DNA of 48,060 bases from Candidatus Pacearchaeota archaeon CG11_big_fil_rev_8_21_14_0_20_30_13 (GCA_002762735.1 PCVV01000009.1:1-48060); one strand, 5' to 3'. Counted from the stretch's first letter, positions 34,232 through 43,872 are shown. The notes: generated from the letters alone by a model not told the origin. A program made the numbers and translations.

Positions 34232-35269
34232 CTACTTCGGCGGATTTTGAAGAAAAATTCCTGGAGTTTTTTTATCTCTATAAACTTCTAAAACAATTAA
34301 AAGATAAGCTAAGATTAGGGGTCCTAAAATAAATCCAATAAAACCTAAAAAATAAACTCCTCCAATCATTCCCAAAAGAATCACTACTGGATGAACATTT
34401 GTTCTTTTGTATATTATAAGAGGTTTAACACTATTTTCAAAAAAAGAACCAATAAGTCCGAAAACAATCAACCCTAATACTGCAACAAATTGACCTTGCA
34501 AAAATAAGTATATCGCAAGAGGAATCCAAACTACTGTTGCCCCTATGATAGGAAGAATTCCTGCAATTATTGCAAGTATTGTAAAAAATAGAGCATTTGG
34601 AACTCCAAATATAAAAAATCCTATTCCAACGATAATCCCTTGTAAAAGTCCAACAATCATTTGCCCATAAATAATTGAAAAGGTAATATCTTTTGAAGAT
34701 TTGAAAATTTTTGTTTCCAAATCCTTTGAAAATGGAAGAACACTTTTAATATAACTTACAAATTCATTATTATCCCTTAAAACATAAAAGAAAATAAAAA
34801 AGGTTACTAAAAGATTTAGTAAAATTAGAGGAAGTTGCAGAAGAAGAGCTGAAACCGCATTCATCGCCCCGCTTGTGATGTTTGTTACAAAACTGTGGAT
34901 CATTCTTCCAATTTCTGAAGCTACATCTGGAGAAGAAAAAATTCCTGGAAAAATACTTTTTAGTGGAGAGACAAAATCAATATTTTGTGAAGAGATAAAA
35001 ACCTCTATTGATTGTTTTAAAACGATAGGAATGGAAAACCAAAGAGGGAGAATTATCCCTACAATGATGATTACACAAACTAATGAAGCTGAAAGGTTTT
35101 TATTTTTTATTTTTTTTTGAAAAAAATTGTAAAGAGGCAAAAAAATAAAACCCAAAAGAACTCCAGCAAGAATTGAGATTAAAACTCCCTTTAAAACAAA
35201 AAATGAAAGTGTGATAAAAATAAGAACTATCCCAATTGAAGTAATATTTTGGATCTCCTTCTTTTCCAT
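34232..35269 (-). CDS. AI-2E family transporter (PerM/UPF0118)
   Basis: 345-aa polytopic ORF. The layout and the motifs GILPIIGATVVWIP and GGVYFLGFIGFILGP are typical of the family. Confidence 0.8.
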   Translation of the reverse strand: MEKKEIQNITSIGIVLIFITLSFFVLKGVLISILAGVLLGFIFLPLYNFFQKKIKNKNLSASLVCVIIIVGIILPLWFSIPIVLKQSIEVFISSQNIDFVSPLKSIFPGIFSSPDVASEIGRMIHSFVTNITSGAMNAVSALLLQLPLILLNLLVTFFIFFYVLRDNNEFVSYIKSVLPFSKDLETKIFKSSKDITFSIIYGQMIVGLLQGIIVGIGFFIFGVPNALFFTILAIIAGILPIIGATVVWIPLAIYLFLQGQFVAVLGLIVFGLIGSFFENSVKPLIIYKRTNVHPVVILLGMIGGVYFLGFIGFILGPLILAYLLIVLEVYRDKKTPGIFLQNPPK

Positions 35270-35360
35270 TTTTTATATTATTTTAAAGACGAAACTACTT
35301 ATAAAACTTCTCGACTGTTAGGACAAAAAAGTTTATAACTAAAAACTTATTTTTCATAAT

Positions 35361-36062
35361 ATGAACTTTATAAAAAAAATTGTGGACAAAAAAATTGATG
35401 AACTTGTTCATGCTCAATTTCAAAAATTTAGTCGGGGAATATTTAAGGATCGGGCAGTTTTGAAAGTTAAAAAATCCAAGGGGAAATATACTATTAATTC
35501 TAGCTCTGAATTTGCTAATGAATTAATTTTTATTATGGCCCAAAAACTTGGCAATAAAAAAACTCTTGTCTCCGGGGCAGTTGTTTCTACTTCAAATTTA
35601 AAAGAAAAAATTGATTTCAAAGAAATTAAACAATTCCAAGGAGTTAAAAGATACTTAATTGAAAAAGAAATGTCTGGGGATGAATTGGTTAAATTGATTC
35701 TTGAATTTCCAAAGACCTTTTTTGGACTAAGCTTCCAAATCGATGAAGAAAACAGTTTAAAAGTAAAACCAAAAGCTCCAAAATCTGGAAAACCCGGTAA
35801 AGGTGATGAAGAACCAAAAGCAGATTTTTGTAAGCTTATAACTAACGATTCAGAATTAGGAAAAAGCTTTGTCTTTGAAAAAAATGATTTTAAAACTGCT
35901 GAAATAAAACATGAATTTGTAATTGAAGAGATAATTTTACCTCAAACAGAAGAGAAGGATTTTGCTAAGATTCGGGAGATGGCAAAGAGAAAAGGAAAGA
36001 TTATTAGATATGCTAATATTGACGGATTAAAATCTATTAAGGAATATGAATTTACTGCCTAA
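35361..36062 (+). CDS. hypothetical protein
   Basis: 233-aa ORF with a TATA-like AAGTTTATAAC about 25 nt upstream. No motif recognised. Confidence 0.6.
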   Translation: MNFIKKIVDKKIDELVHAQFQKFSRGIFKDRAVLKVKKSKGKYTINSSSEFANELIFIMAQKLGNKKTLVSGAVVSTSNLKEKIDFKEIKQFQGVKRYLIEKEMSGDELVKLILEFPKTFFGLSFQIDEENSLKVKPKAPKSGKPGKGDEEPKADFCKLITNDSELGKSFVFEKNDFKTAEIKHEFVIEEIILPQTEEKDFAKIREMAKRKGKIIRYANIDGLKSIKEYEFTA

Positions 36063-36314
36063 AATTTCAATTTAATACCCTAATTATTGAAAATCCTTAA
36101 ACTTAATTTTTCTTATGCTTGAATAATTATTTACACAATGTTTATTCTTTCTCAAAAAGAAATTGAATATATAGAATTACTTAAAGAAAAATGTTGAAAA
36201 TTTGATTCAAACAAAGATTCTTACAAAATAGGTTTAATGATTAAAGCACTAAAAATTTTGATTTGAAAGAAGCCAAAGTAAAATATGCTAAATACTTGAA
36301 AGATTAGTCCCACA

Positions 36315-36327
36315 AGTTTTATAAACC
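36315..36327 (+). promoter_or_regulatory. BRE/TATA-like promoter of the L3-to-L15 ribosomal protein operon
   Basis: AGTTTTATAAACC lies 67 nt upstream of the L3 ATG. Confidence 0.5.
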
Positions 36328-36393
36328 AACTTTTTCTTTAATTTTAATCCAGGGTAAGTAAAATGAAATTCCGCTATTTAGAAATAAAACAAA

Positions 36394-37332
36394 ATGCCGA
36401 CAAGAAAATCACCGAGAAAAGGAAGTTTACAATTTTGGCCGAGAAAAAGGGCCGAGAAATTTTTACCTAGTACTAACTGGGATGCAATTAATTCTGATAA
36501 ACCCCTTAAGGGATTCATATGTTACAAAGCGGGTATGGCTTCTGCGGCAGTCAAAGATTTGACCCCTCATTCTATGTCCAAAGACAAAAAAATTATTGTT
36601 CCTGTAACAATTCTTGAATGCCCTCCAATAAAGATTTTTTCTGCAAGATTCTACAAAGATGGAAAAGTAGCAACAGATATTTTAAGCGAAGGAGCAGACA
36701 AAGAGTTGAAAAAAGTTTTGAAACTCCCAAAGAAAACTCGAAAAATGGAAGATGTCGAAAAAGAATCTTATGACGATTTGCGAATGATTGTTTATTCTGT
36801 TGTTAAAAAAACTGGATTAAAAAAAACCCCTGAGATTACTGAAATTGGACTTAACGGAACAATTGAAGAGAAATTTAAATTTATTAAAGATAATTTGGGT
36901 AAAGAGATTTCAATTTTGAATTTTTTTGAGAAGGGTCAATTAGTCGATTTAAGAGGACTCACAAAAGGTAAAGGACTTCAAGGACCTGTAAAGAGATTTG
37001 GGATCACCCTTAAAGCTCACAAGTCTGAAAAAGGTGTTAGAAGACCAGGTTCACTTGGACCATGGCATCCTGCAAGAGTTACTTTTAGAGTTCCTATGGC
37101 TGGACAACTTGGAATGTTTACAAGAACGGTTTATAACAATAGAATTATGGATATGGGAAAAGGAGATAAAAAATTCAAAAATATAAAAAATTATGGGAAT
37201 GTAAATTCTGATTATGTAATTGTCCAAGGATCAGTTCAAGGACCTGCAAAAAGACAATTAGTTTTAACTCAAGCTTTAAGAGAAACAAAAAAACAGAAGA
37301 AAAAGGAGTATGAGTTTATTGAATTAAGATGA
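36394..37332 (+). CDS. rpl3: 50S ribosomal protein L3
   Basis: 312-aa ORF. PRKGSLQFWPRKRA start and FGITLKAHKSEKGVRRPGSLGPWHPARV. First gene of the conserved order. Confidence 0.93.
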   Translation: MPTRKSPRKGSLQFWPRKRAEKFLPSTNWDAINSDKPLKGFICYKAGMASAAVKDLTPHSMSKDKKIIVPVTILECPPIKIFSARFYKDGKVATDILSEGADKELKKVLKLPKKTRKMEDVEKESYDDLRMIVYSVVKKTGLKKTPEITEIGLNGTIEEKFKFIKDNLGKEISILNFFEKGQLVDLRGLTKGKGLQGPVKRFGITLKAHKSEKGVRRPGSLGPWHPARVTFRVPMAGQLGMFTRTVYNNRIMDMGKGDKKFKNIKNYGNVNSDYVIVQGSVQGPAKRQLVLTQALRETKKQKKKEYEFIELR

Positions 37333-38135
37333 AAGCAAATTTATTAAGTATTGAAGGAAACAAATTGAAACAAATTGAAGTTCCTAGTTTTTTTGGAGGA
37401 AAGATTAGAAAAGACTTAATTCAAAAGATTGTTGAGACAAAAAAGATTACTCAACCATATTCTCCAAGCCCAGTTGCTGGAAATCAATATTCTGCCAGCG
37501 GAGTTTTGAAACATCATAGAAAAGTTTGGAAAAGTCAATACGGAAGAGGAATGAGTAGAGTTCCAAGAAAAACTATGACTAGAAAAGGTTCACAATTCAA
37601 TTGGGTTGGAGCAACTGTTCCAAACACTCGTGGAGGTAGAAGAGCTCATCCTCCAAAAGCAATTTCTATGATGGGCATGAAAAAAACAAATAAAAAAGAG
37701 TTAACACTCGCTATCCTTTCTTCAATAGGTGCTACTGCTTCAATTCAATGGGTTCAAAAAAGGTATAATTCTCTTTTTGGAAAAACAGCAAAAGATTTTC
37801 CAGAATTTCCTTTAATTGTGGAATCGAAAATTTCAAGTTTAAAAACAAAAGAAATTATGACTAGCTTAAAAAAAATTCTTGGAGAAAATTTATTTGAGAT
37901 TGCAATTCAAAAAAAAGAAATTAGGAAAGGAAAAGGAAAACTTAGAGGAAGAAAATACAAATCTAGCTTGGGATTACTTATGGTTCTTGGAAATGAAGAA
38001 AAATTAAAAACAAATGGAATTGACGTCGTAACTGCTAAAAATCTTGGCGTGAACGATCTCTCCAAAGGGGCTCCTGGAAGACTTACGATTTACACTGAAA
38101 ATGCAATTAAAGATTTAGGAGAAAAGTATAAATGA
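37329..38135 (+). CDS. rpl4: 50S ribosomal protein L4
   Basis: 268-aa ORF. WKSQYGRGMSRVPR and GGRRAHPPK. ATGA overlap with L3. Confidence 0.92.
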   Translation: MKANLLSIEGNKLKQIEVPSFFGGKIRKDLIQKIVETKKITQPYSPSPVAGNQYSASGVLKHHRKVWKSQYGRGMSRVPRKTMTRKGSQFNWVGATVPNTRGGRRAHPPKAISMMGMKKTNKKELTLAILSSIGATASIQWVQKRYNSLFGKTAKDFPEFPLIVESKISSLKTKEIMTSLKKILGENLFEIAIQKKEIRKGKGKLRGRKYKSSLGLLMVLGNEEKLKTNGIDVVTAKNLGVNDLSKGAPGRLTIYTENAIKDLGEKYK

Positions 38136-38410
38136 AAAAATTAACAAAAACAATTTCATATGAAGGGACTCAACTTAAGCCAATTGTTACTGAAAAAGCA
38201 GTTATGATGATTGAAAGAGATAATACTCTAACTTTCCAAACTTCAATGAAAAAATCAAAAGAGGAAATTAAAAAAGAAGTTGAAGAAATTTTTGAAATTC
38301 AAATTAAGGAAATTAGAACTTTAATTAAGAATAATAAAAAATATGCTTATATAAAACTAAAAGGAGATGTCCTTGCAATTGATATTGCAACTAAATTAGG
38401 ATTAATGTAA
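38132..38410 (+). CDS. rpl23: 50S ribosomal protein L23
   Basis: 92-aa ORF. IVTEKAVMMIERDNTLTFQ and KKYAYIKL. In the conserved position. Confidence 0.9.
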   Translation: MKKLTKTISYEGTQLKPIVTEKAVMMIERDNTLTFQTSMKKSKEEIKKEVEEIFEIQIKEIRTLIKNNKKYAYIKLKGDVLAIDIATKLGLM

Positions 38411-38411
38411 T

Positions 38412-39110
38412 ATGGGTAAGAGAATAATTCAACAAGCTCGTGGAAAAGGAAGTTCGACTTATAGAGTCAACAAAACTGTTTTTAGACTTAGACTTAAATA
38501 TCCAAGCAAATTATCTGGAGAGGGAACAGTTTTGAAACTTATAAATTCTGGTGCTCACACTTGCCCTGTTGCAAAAATAAAATATTCTGAAGGTTCATTT
38601 TATCTTCCAGCATTCAAAAACATGTTCGAAGGTCAAAAAATAAATTTTGAAAAAGGGGATCTTAAAGATGGAAATATTTTGAAGTTAGGAGATATTCCTG
38701 TAAAAACAAAAGTTTATTGTATAGAATCAAGACCTGGTGATGGGGGAAAGTATATTAAAAGCGGAGGAATTCATGCAACAGTTACAAGAAATGATGAAAA
38801 TGGTGTTTTTATCTTAATGCCTTCGAAGAAAGAGAAAAAATTTCACAGAGAATCAAGAGCAATTGTCGGAACAATCGCTGGTGCTGGGAGACTTGAAAAA
38901 CCTGTGATGAAAGCAGGAAAAATGTTTCACATTAAAAAAACAAAAAGCAAACTTTGGCCAAGAACATCTGCGATTAAAGTTAATGCAATTGACCACCCAT
39001 TCGGTTCAGGTAGAGGAAAGAACCCTAAGAGTAAAATTGCAAAAAGAAATGCACCTCCTGGAGCAAAGGTTGGTTTAATAAGGCCAAGAAGAACAGGTAA
39101 AAGAAAATAA
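38412..39110 (+). CDS. rpl2: 50S ribosomal protein L2
   Basis: 232-aa ORF. GGKYIKSGG ... NAIDHPFGSGRG ... GLIRPRRTGKR. Confidence 0.93.
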   Translation: MGKRIIQQARGKGSSTYRVNKTVFRLRLKYPSKLSGEGTVLKLINSGAHTCPVAKIKYSEGSFYLPAFKNMFEGQKINFEKGDLKDGNILKLGDIPVKTKVYCIESRPGDGGKYIKSGGIHATVTRNDENGVFILMPSKKEKKFHRESRAIVGTIAGAGRLEKPVMKAGKMFHIKKTKSKLWPRTSAIKVNAIDHPFGSGRGKNPKSKIAKRNAPPGAKVGLIRPRRTGKRK

Positions 39111-39111
39111 C

Positions 39112-39525
39112 ATGGAAAATAAAAATAACGAAGTGGAAGTAAGAAAGAAGGAACAATCTTTTAGAGGCAAGAGCTTTGAAGAGACTCTCAAACTTGATGT
39201 TAGAGAATTCGCCAAATTGCTTTCTTCAAACAGAAAAAGAAATGTTCTCAGAAATTTCCAAGAACATGAAAAGTTTTTAAGCCTTGTGAAAGAAAAATTA
39301 GAAAAAGGGAAAAAATCAGTTAAAACTCATAAAAGAGAATTAGTTATTTTACCTGGATTAGTAGGTGTAAAACTTCAAATTTACAATGGAAAGGAGTTCG
39401 TTCCTGTTGAAATTACATTTGAAATGATTGGACATAAATTAGGAGAATTTTCTCCGACGAGAGTTAAAGCTAAACATAGTAAAGAGGAAAAATCTGGGAA
39501 AAAAGTCTCAAATGTAAAGAAATAA
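39112..39525 (+). CDS. rps19: 30S ribosomal protein S19
   Basis: 137-aa ORF. VGVKLQIYNGKEFVPVEITFEMIGHKLGEFSPTR. Confidence 0.92.
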   Translation: MENKNNEVEVRKKEQSFRGKSFEETLKLDVREFAKLLSSNRKRNVLRNFQEHEKFLSLVKEKLEKGKKSVKTHKRELVILPGLVGVKLQIYNGKEFVPVEITFEMIGHKLGEFSPTRVKAKHSKEEKSGKKVSNVKK

Positions 39526-39526
39526 A

Positions 39527-40117
39527 ATGGGAAAAACAAATACGGAAAAACCTACTGGAAAAGCTGAGCAAAAAAAACAAGTTGTAAAAGTTCCAAAACA
39601 AAAGAAAGAAGACCTAGCAAAAGCTCCAGTTCAAAAAAATGAAGAAACTGTCGAAGAAACAAAGATGGAAGAGAATAAAACTGAAACTAAAAAAGAAAAA
39701 ATTGAAGTTAAAAAAGTGAAGAAAACAGAAGCTTCAATTAATGTTGAAAATACTCCCGTTTCTACAAAAGTGGGGGTGGAGCTTTGTAGATTTGTTTTGA
39801 ATAAAAAAATTGATAAAGCTATAGAAGACTTAGAACAAGTTGCAAGATTGAAAAAGGCCGTTCCAATGAAAGGGGAGTATGCACATAGAAAAGGAAAAAT
39901 GATGTCCGGAAAATATCCAATCAGAGCTGCTAAAGAATTCCTTGTCCTTTTGAAAAGCTTGAAAAATAATGCAAATCAGCATGATATCGAAGATGCTACA
40001 ATCACCGAAGCTGTTGCTAATAAAGGTTCAACAGTTCATGCATCTGGTGGAAGAGTAAAAAAAAGAACACACATTAAAATTACATGTAAGCAAAAGAAAA
40101 AGGAGAATAAAAAATAA
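39527..40117 (+). CDS. rpl22: 50S ribosomal protein L22 with a Lys/Glu-rich N-terminal extension
   Basis: 196-aa ORF. The core starts around SINVENTPVSTKVGVELCRFV and is preceded by about 65 aa of K/E-rich sequence. Confidence 0.88.
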   Translation: MGKTNTEKPTGKAEQKKQVVKVPKQKKEDLAKAPVQKNEETVEETKMEENKTETKKEKIEVKKVKKTEASINVENTPVSTKVGVELCRFVLNKKIDKAIEDLEQVARLKKAVPMKGEYAHRKGKMMSGKYPIRAAKEFLVLLKSLKNNANQHDIEDATITEAVANKGSTVHASGGRVKKRTHIKITCKQKKKENKK

Positions 40118-40791
40118 TGGAAGAAAGAAATATCGTAAAATTTAAGAAAGAAGAATTTTCAATGAGAGAAAAGATAAAAGAAGAAATTGGAAAGGGAAAA
40201 GTTTCAAGAGTAAAAATTGAATATGCTCCAATTGGAGAAAGAATAATTATTTCTACAAGTAAACCAGGATTAATTATTGGTAGAGGTGGAGAAAGAATTG
40301 AACAATTAACTGATATGATCAGAAAGAAATTCAAATTGGAAAATCCACATATTGAAATAGATGAAATAAAAAACCCCGAATTTGATGCTCAACTTATTGC
40401 AGATGAATTAGCTTTGGGTCTTGAAAGATTTGGCCCACTTAAATTTAAAGTACTTGCATATAAAGCTCTTCAAAGAATCATGAAAGCTGGAGCTCTTGGT
40501 GCAGAATTGAGACTTACTGGAAAACTTCCTAGTGCTAGATCAAAATCTTGGAGATTTGCCCAAGGTTATTTGAAAAAAACAGGGGATACTGCCAATGCAG
40601 TTGATAGAGTTCAATCAATTGCCCATACAAAACCAGGAGTTGTTGGAGTAAAGATAAGTATTCTTCATCCAGATGCAGTTTTAAAAGATAGAATTAAAAT
40701 TAATGATAGAATGTTAGAGAAATTAAGAAGCAATGCAAGCAAAGAAATGAAAGAAGAATCAAAAATAAAAAAAGGATCAAAGAAAAAATAA
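40117..40791 (+). CDS. rps3: 30S ribosomal protein S3
   Basis: 224-aa ORF. KH domain PGLIIGRGGERIEQL and LRLTGKLPSARSKSWRFAQGYLKKTG. Confidence 0.92.
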   Translation: MEERNIVKFKKEEFSMREKIKEEIGKGKVSRVKIEYAPIGERIIISTSKPGLIIGRGGERIEQLTDMIRKKFKLENPHIEIDEIKNPEFDAQLIADELALGLERFGPLKFKVLAYKALQRIMKAGALGAELRLTGKLPSARSKSWRFAQGYLKKTGDTANAVDRVQSIAHTKPGVVGVKISILHPDAVLKDRIKINDRMLEKLRSNASKEMKEESKIKKGSKKK

Positions 40792-40792
40792 A

Positions 40793-40966
40793 ATGGCAAT
40801 TTTAAAATCAAAAGAAATTAGGGGAATGGGAAAGGCTGAAAAGGAATCAAAATTGAAAGAATTAAAACTTGAGTTAATTAAATCGAGAGCTAAAAGTTCT
40901 CAAGGAACAAGCTCAAAGTCGCGAGAAATAAAAAAAACAATAGCGAGGTTACTAACAATAAAATAA
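40793..40966 (+). CDS. rpl29: 50S ribosomal protein L29 (57 aa, below the ORF-track cutoff)
   Basis: Manual translation: MAILKSKEIRGMGKAEKESKLKELKLELIKSRAKSSQGTSSKSREIKKTIARLLTIK. uL29 pattern and conserved position after S3. Confidence 0.85.
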   Translation: MAILKSKEIRGMGKAEKESKLKELKLELIKSRAKSSQGTSSKSREIKKTIARLLTIK

Positions 40967-40967
40967 T

Positions 40968-41264
40968 ATGGAGATATGCCCAAAATGTGGTCTGCCCACC
41001 CCAGCGTGTGTTTGTGAACAAATTGGAAAGAGTTCACAACGGATAAGAGTCACAAACGATAAAAAAAGATATGGAAAAATCGTGACTCTTGTTTCTGGAT
41101 TTGACAGCACAATAGACATAAAAAAAATCGCAAAAGAATTAAAAAACCGTCTTGCTTGTGGAGGGACAATGAAGGACGGAGTAATTGAACTCCAAGGCGA
41201 ACACTCCAAAAAAATAAAACCTTTCCTCGAAAAACTCGGGTTTGATCCCGAATCAATAGAATAA
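40968..41264 (+). CDS. sui1: translation initiation factor SUI1/aIF1
   Basis: 98-aa ORF. N-terminal CPKCGLPTPACVC, then RIRVTNDKKRYGKIVTLVSGF ... LKNRLACGGTMKDGVIELQGEH (SUI1 fold). Confidence 0.88.
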   Translation: MEICPKCGLPTPACVCEQIGKSSQRIRVTNDKKRYGKIVTLVSGFDSTIDIKKIAKELKNRLACGGTMKDGVIELQGEHSKKIKPFLEKLGFDPESIE

Positions 41265-41629
41265 TGGCAAAACAACAAAGTAAAAAAATGGAAAAGAAAA
41301 AAACTGTAAATGAAACAAATAGTGGAAACTGTAAAGATAGAGACTGCCCTTTTCATGGAAGTTTAAAACTTAGAGGAAAAACTTTCAAAGGAACAGTAGT
41401 TTCAAAACATGAAAAAAGAATTGCAATTGAATTTGAAAGAATGATTTATTTAAGAAAATATGAAAGGTATGGAAGAACCAAAACAAAAATTCATGCAAGA
41501 CTTCCAAAATGTGCAGAAAAAAATGTGAACGTGGGGGATTTAGTTAAAATCAAAGAATGTAGACCTTTAAGTAAAATAATTCACTTTGCATTTTTGGAGA
41601 AAGTAAATACTGGAGAAGAAGAAAAATGA
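41264..41629 (+). CDS. rps17: 30S ribosomal protein S17
   Basis: 121-aa ORF. CPFHGSLKLRGKTFKGTVVS ... VGDLVKIKECRPLSK. Confidence 0.9.
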   Translation: MAKQQSKKMEKKKTVNETNSGNCKDRDCPFHGSLKLRGKTFKGTVVSKHEKRIAIEFERMIYLRKYERYGRTKTKIHARLPKCAEKNVNVGDLVKIKECRPLSKIIHFAFLEKVNTGEEEK

Positions 41630-42027
41630 AAGCAATAAGCGCAAAAACAACTGCAGGATGCAATCTTGGAACACAAATGATGGCTACGGATAACAGTGGA
41701 GCAAAAATTGTTAAAATTGTTTCGGTAAAAAGAGGGAAAGGGAAAAAAGGGAAACAGATGTGTGCAAAATTAGCGGATTGGGTAAAGGTCTCTGTAAAAT
41801 CTGGAAATCCTACTATGAAAGGAAAAGTTTTTGATGCTGTTTTAATTAGACAAAAAAAACCGTTCAGAAGACTTAACGGGGAAAGAATCTCTTTTGAAGA
41901 TAATGCAGTTGCACTTTTAAAAGATGATAAAGGAAACCCAAAAGGAACTCAGATTAAAGGACCAGTTTCAAAGGAAATAATCGAGCGATGGCCTCAAGTA
42001 GCTAAGATCGCTTCGATGGCATATTAA
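41626..42027 (+). CDS. rpl14: 50S ribosomal protein L14
   Basis: 133-aa ORF. MMATDNSGAKIVKIVSV ... AVLIRQKKPFRRLNG ... FEDNAVALL. Confidence 0.92.
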   Translation: MKAISAKTTAGCNLGTQMMATDNSGAKIVKIVSVKRGKGKKGKQMCAKLADWVKVSVKSGNPTMKGKVFDAVLIRQKKPFRRLNGERISFEDNAVALLKDDKGNPKGTQIKGPVSKEIIERWPQVAKIASMAY

Positions 42028-42028
42028 A

Positions 42029-42487
42029 ATGAAAAAATTTTCAAAACATTGGAAAGCAAGTAAGAAACCAAAGAAGCAAAGGAAATACTTAGCAAATGCT
42101 CCAATTCATATAAAGAAAAAAATGATTAGTGTAAATTTAATTAAAGAATTAAGAGAAAAACAAAAAACTAGAAATGTGACTCTTAGAAAAGGAGATACCA
42201 TAAAAGTAATGGTTGGAAAGTACAAAGGAAAGAAAGCAAAAGTTTTGGAAATAAAAACAAAACTTATGAAGATTTATCTTGAAGGAATCCAAGTTAAAAA
42301 ACAGGATGGATCGATGGCAAATATTCCATTTAGAGCTTCAAATCTTCAAATTATTGAATTGAATAACGAAGATAAAAAAAGATTTAAAAAATTAAAAACA
42401 GAAACAACTAAAAGCGAGATTAAATCTGAAATTAAAGAAGAACCAAAAATAAAAAAATCTTCAAAAAACAAGGAGAATAAAAAATGA
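42029..42487 (+). CDS. rpl24: 50S ribosomal protein L24 with a Lys-rich C-terminal tail
   Basis: 152-aa ORF. KOW motif KGDTIKVMVGKYKGKKAKVLEI. Confidence 0.9.
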   Translation: MKKFSKHWKASKKPKKQRKYLANAPIHIKKKMISVNLIKELREKQKTRNVTLRKGDTIKVMVGKYKGKKAKVLEIKTKLMKIYLEGIQVKKQDGSMANIPFRASNLQIIELNNEDKKRFKKLKTETTKSEIKSEIKEEPKIKKSSKNKENKK

Positions 42488-43128
42488 AAAGACATCTTAA
42501 AAGACAAGAAGCACCAAAGAATTGGCCAATCACTAGAAAAGGATCAATTTTTGTAATCAAAAACAATTCTAATGGAATTCCTTTATTAATACTTCTTAGA
42601 GATGTTATGAAAATAGCTCAAGATAGAAAAGAAGTAAAACAAGCTATTCATAAAAAACATCTTTTAATTTGTGGTAAACCTGTTATCAATGAAAAAAAGA
42701 GTCTTGAACTTTTTGACATTTTAACGCTTGTTCCTTCAAAAAAGAACTATCGATTAGTATTATCTGAAAAGGGAAAATATGATATAGAGGAAACTTCTGA
42801 AAAAGAGTCTAGTGGGAAAATTGCTAAAATTTTGGGTAAAAAATCTATAAAAGGGAAGAAGACCCAAATTAATTTAAGTGATGGAAGAAATTATATTTCA
42901 GATTTGAAATGTGCAGTGGGAGATTCAGTTATTATCGATTTTGAGAAGAATAAAATATTAAAGAATCTTCCAATAAAAGAAGGTTCTGAAGTTTTGATCA
43001 CTAAAGGAAAATATACTGGATTAAAAGGAAAAATTATGAAAATTGACCATAATGAAAAAATGGTAGATCTCGATTCCTCAGGTAAAATTTTGAGAGCACT
43101 AATTAAACAGATTATGGTATTAAATTAA
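42484..43128 (+). CDS. rps4e: 30S ribosomal protein S4e
   Basis: 214-aa ORF. MKRHLKRQEAPKNWPITRKG start typical of eS4. Confidence 0.9.
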   Translation: MKRHLKRQEAPKNWPITRKGSIFVIKNNSNGIPLLILLRDVMKIAQDRKEVKQAIHKKHLLICGKPVINEKKSLELFDILTLVPSKKNYRLVLSEKGKYDIEETSEKESSGKIAKILGKKSIKGKKTQINLSDGRNYISDLKCAVGDSVIIDFEKNKILKNLPIKEGSEVLITKGKYTGLKGKIMKIDHNEKMVDLDSSGKILRALIKQIMVLN

Positions 43129-43129
43129 A

Positions 43130-43639
43130 ATGGAAGAAAAAACACAAAATAAAATGAGAGAAATAAAGATTGAGAAAGTTGTACTCAACATCGGTGGAAC
43201 TGGAGATTATCTTATTAAGGGGTTCAAACTTTTAGAAATTATCACAAATAAAAAACCTTCTAAAACTACTTCATCTAAAAGGATACCTGGATTTGGGGTT
43301 AGACCTGGTTTAGAAGTTGGGACAGTTGTTACTCTTAGGAAAGATGCTGAAGAGGTTTTGAAAAGAATGCTTTCCGCAGTTGAAAATAAAATAAAAAAGA
43401 AACAAGTGAGTGAGAATAATTTTTCATTTGGAGTAAAAGAATACATTGAAATCCCTGGAATGGAATATCATAGAGACATCGGAATTATGGGTCTTGACAT
43501 AACAGTTGTGTTTAAAAGAGCAGGAAAAAGAGTAAGATTGAAAAAAATTAAAAATGGAAAAATTCCAAAAAAACAGATAATCACCAAAGAAGAAATAATT
43601 AAATTTATGGAAAATCGTTTCCAAACGAGGTTTAAATAA
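43130..43639 (+). CDS. rpl5: 50S ribosomal protein L5
   Basis: 169-aa ORF. IEKVVLNIGGTGD ... FGVRPGLEVGTVVTLR ... NFSFGVKEYIEIPG. Confidence 0.92.
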   Translation: MEEKTQNKMREIKIEKVVLNIGGTGDYLIKGFKLLEIITNKKPSKTTSSKRIPGFGVRPGLEVGTVVTLRKDAEEVLKRMLSAVENKIKKKQVSENNFSFGVKEYIEIPGMEYHRDIGIMGLDITVVFKRAGKRVRLKKIKNGKIPKKQIITKEEIIKFMENRFQTRFK

Positions 43640-43640
43640 A

Positions 43641-43871
43641 ATGACTGCAAGTGATTGGAAAAAAGTGTTTAAACAATTGAATGCGAAACCAGTTGTTAAA
43701 ATAAAATTCATAAAACATTGTAAACCAAAAGAAAGAAAAACTGGAATTGCAGTCCAAAAATGTGAAAGATGCGGACGATTCGGAGCGCATATAAGCTCTT
43801 ATGGTCTTAATTTTTGTAGACATTGTTTCAGAGAAATTGCAAAGGAGATTGGATTCAAAAAATATTCATAA
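43641..43871 (+). CDS. rps14: 30S ribosomal protein S14 (zinc-binding type)
   Basis: 76-aa ORF. CERCGRFGAHISSYGLNFCRHCFREIAKEIGFKKYS. Confidence 0.88.
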   Translation: MTASDWKKVFKQLNAKPVVKIKFIKHCKPKERKTGIAVQKCERCGRFGAHISSYGLNFCRHCFREIAKEIGFKKYS

Positions 43872-43872
43872 A

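Noticed and set aside
40952-41356. 134-aa minus-strand ORF across SUI1/S17
   Set aside because: It is antisense to two strongly supported conserved genes. Likewise 40080..40334, 41050..41256, 43207..43823 (several ORFs), 43866..44108, 44233..44460, 45136..45618, 46556..47017, 46570..46758, 47320..47520, 28444..28760 and 36998..37186 inside r-protein genes.
43801-43872. Longer S8 N-terminus from the ORF-track start. The same issue affects L32e at 44781 and L15 at 47295, the TTG starts at 14514, 14750 and 29428, and the upstream ATG at 6381
   Set aside because: The extensions overlap the preceding gene or add non-conserved residues, and a canonical ATG immediately after the upstream stop gives the conserved N-terminus.
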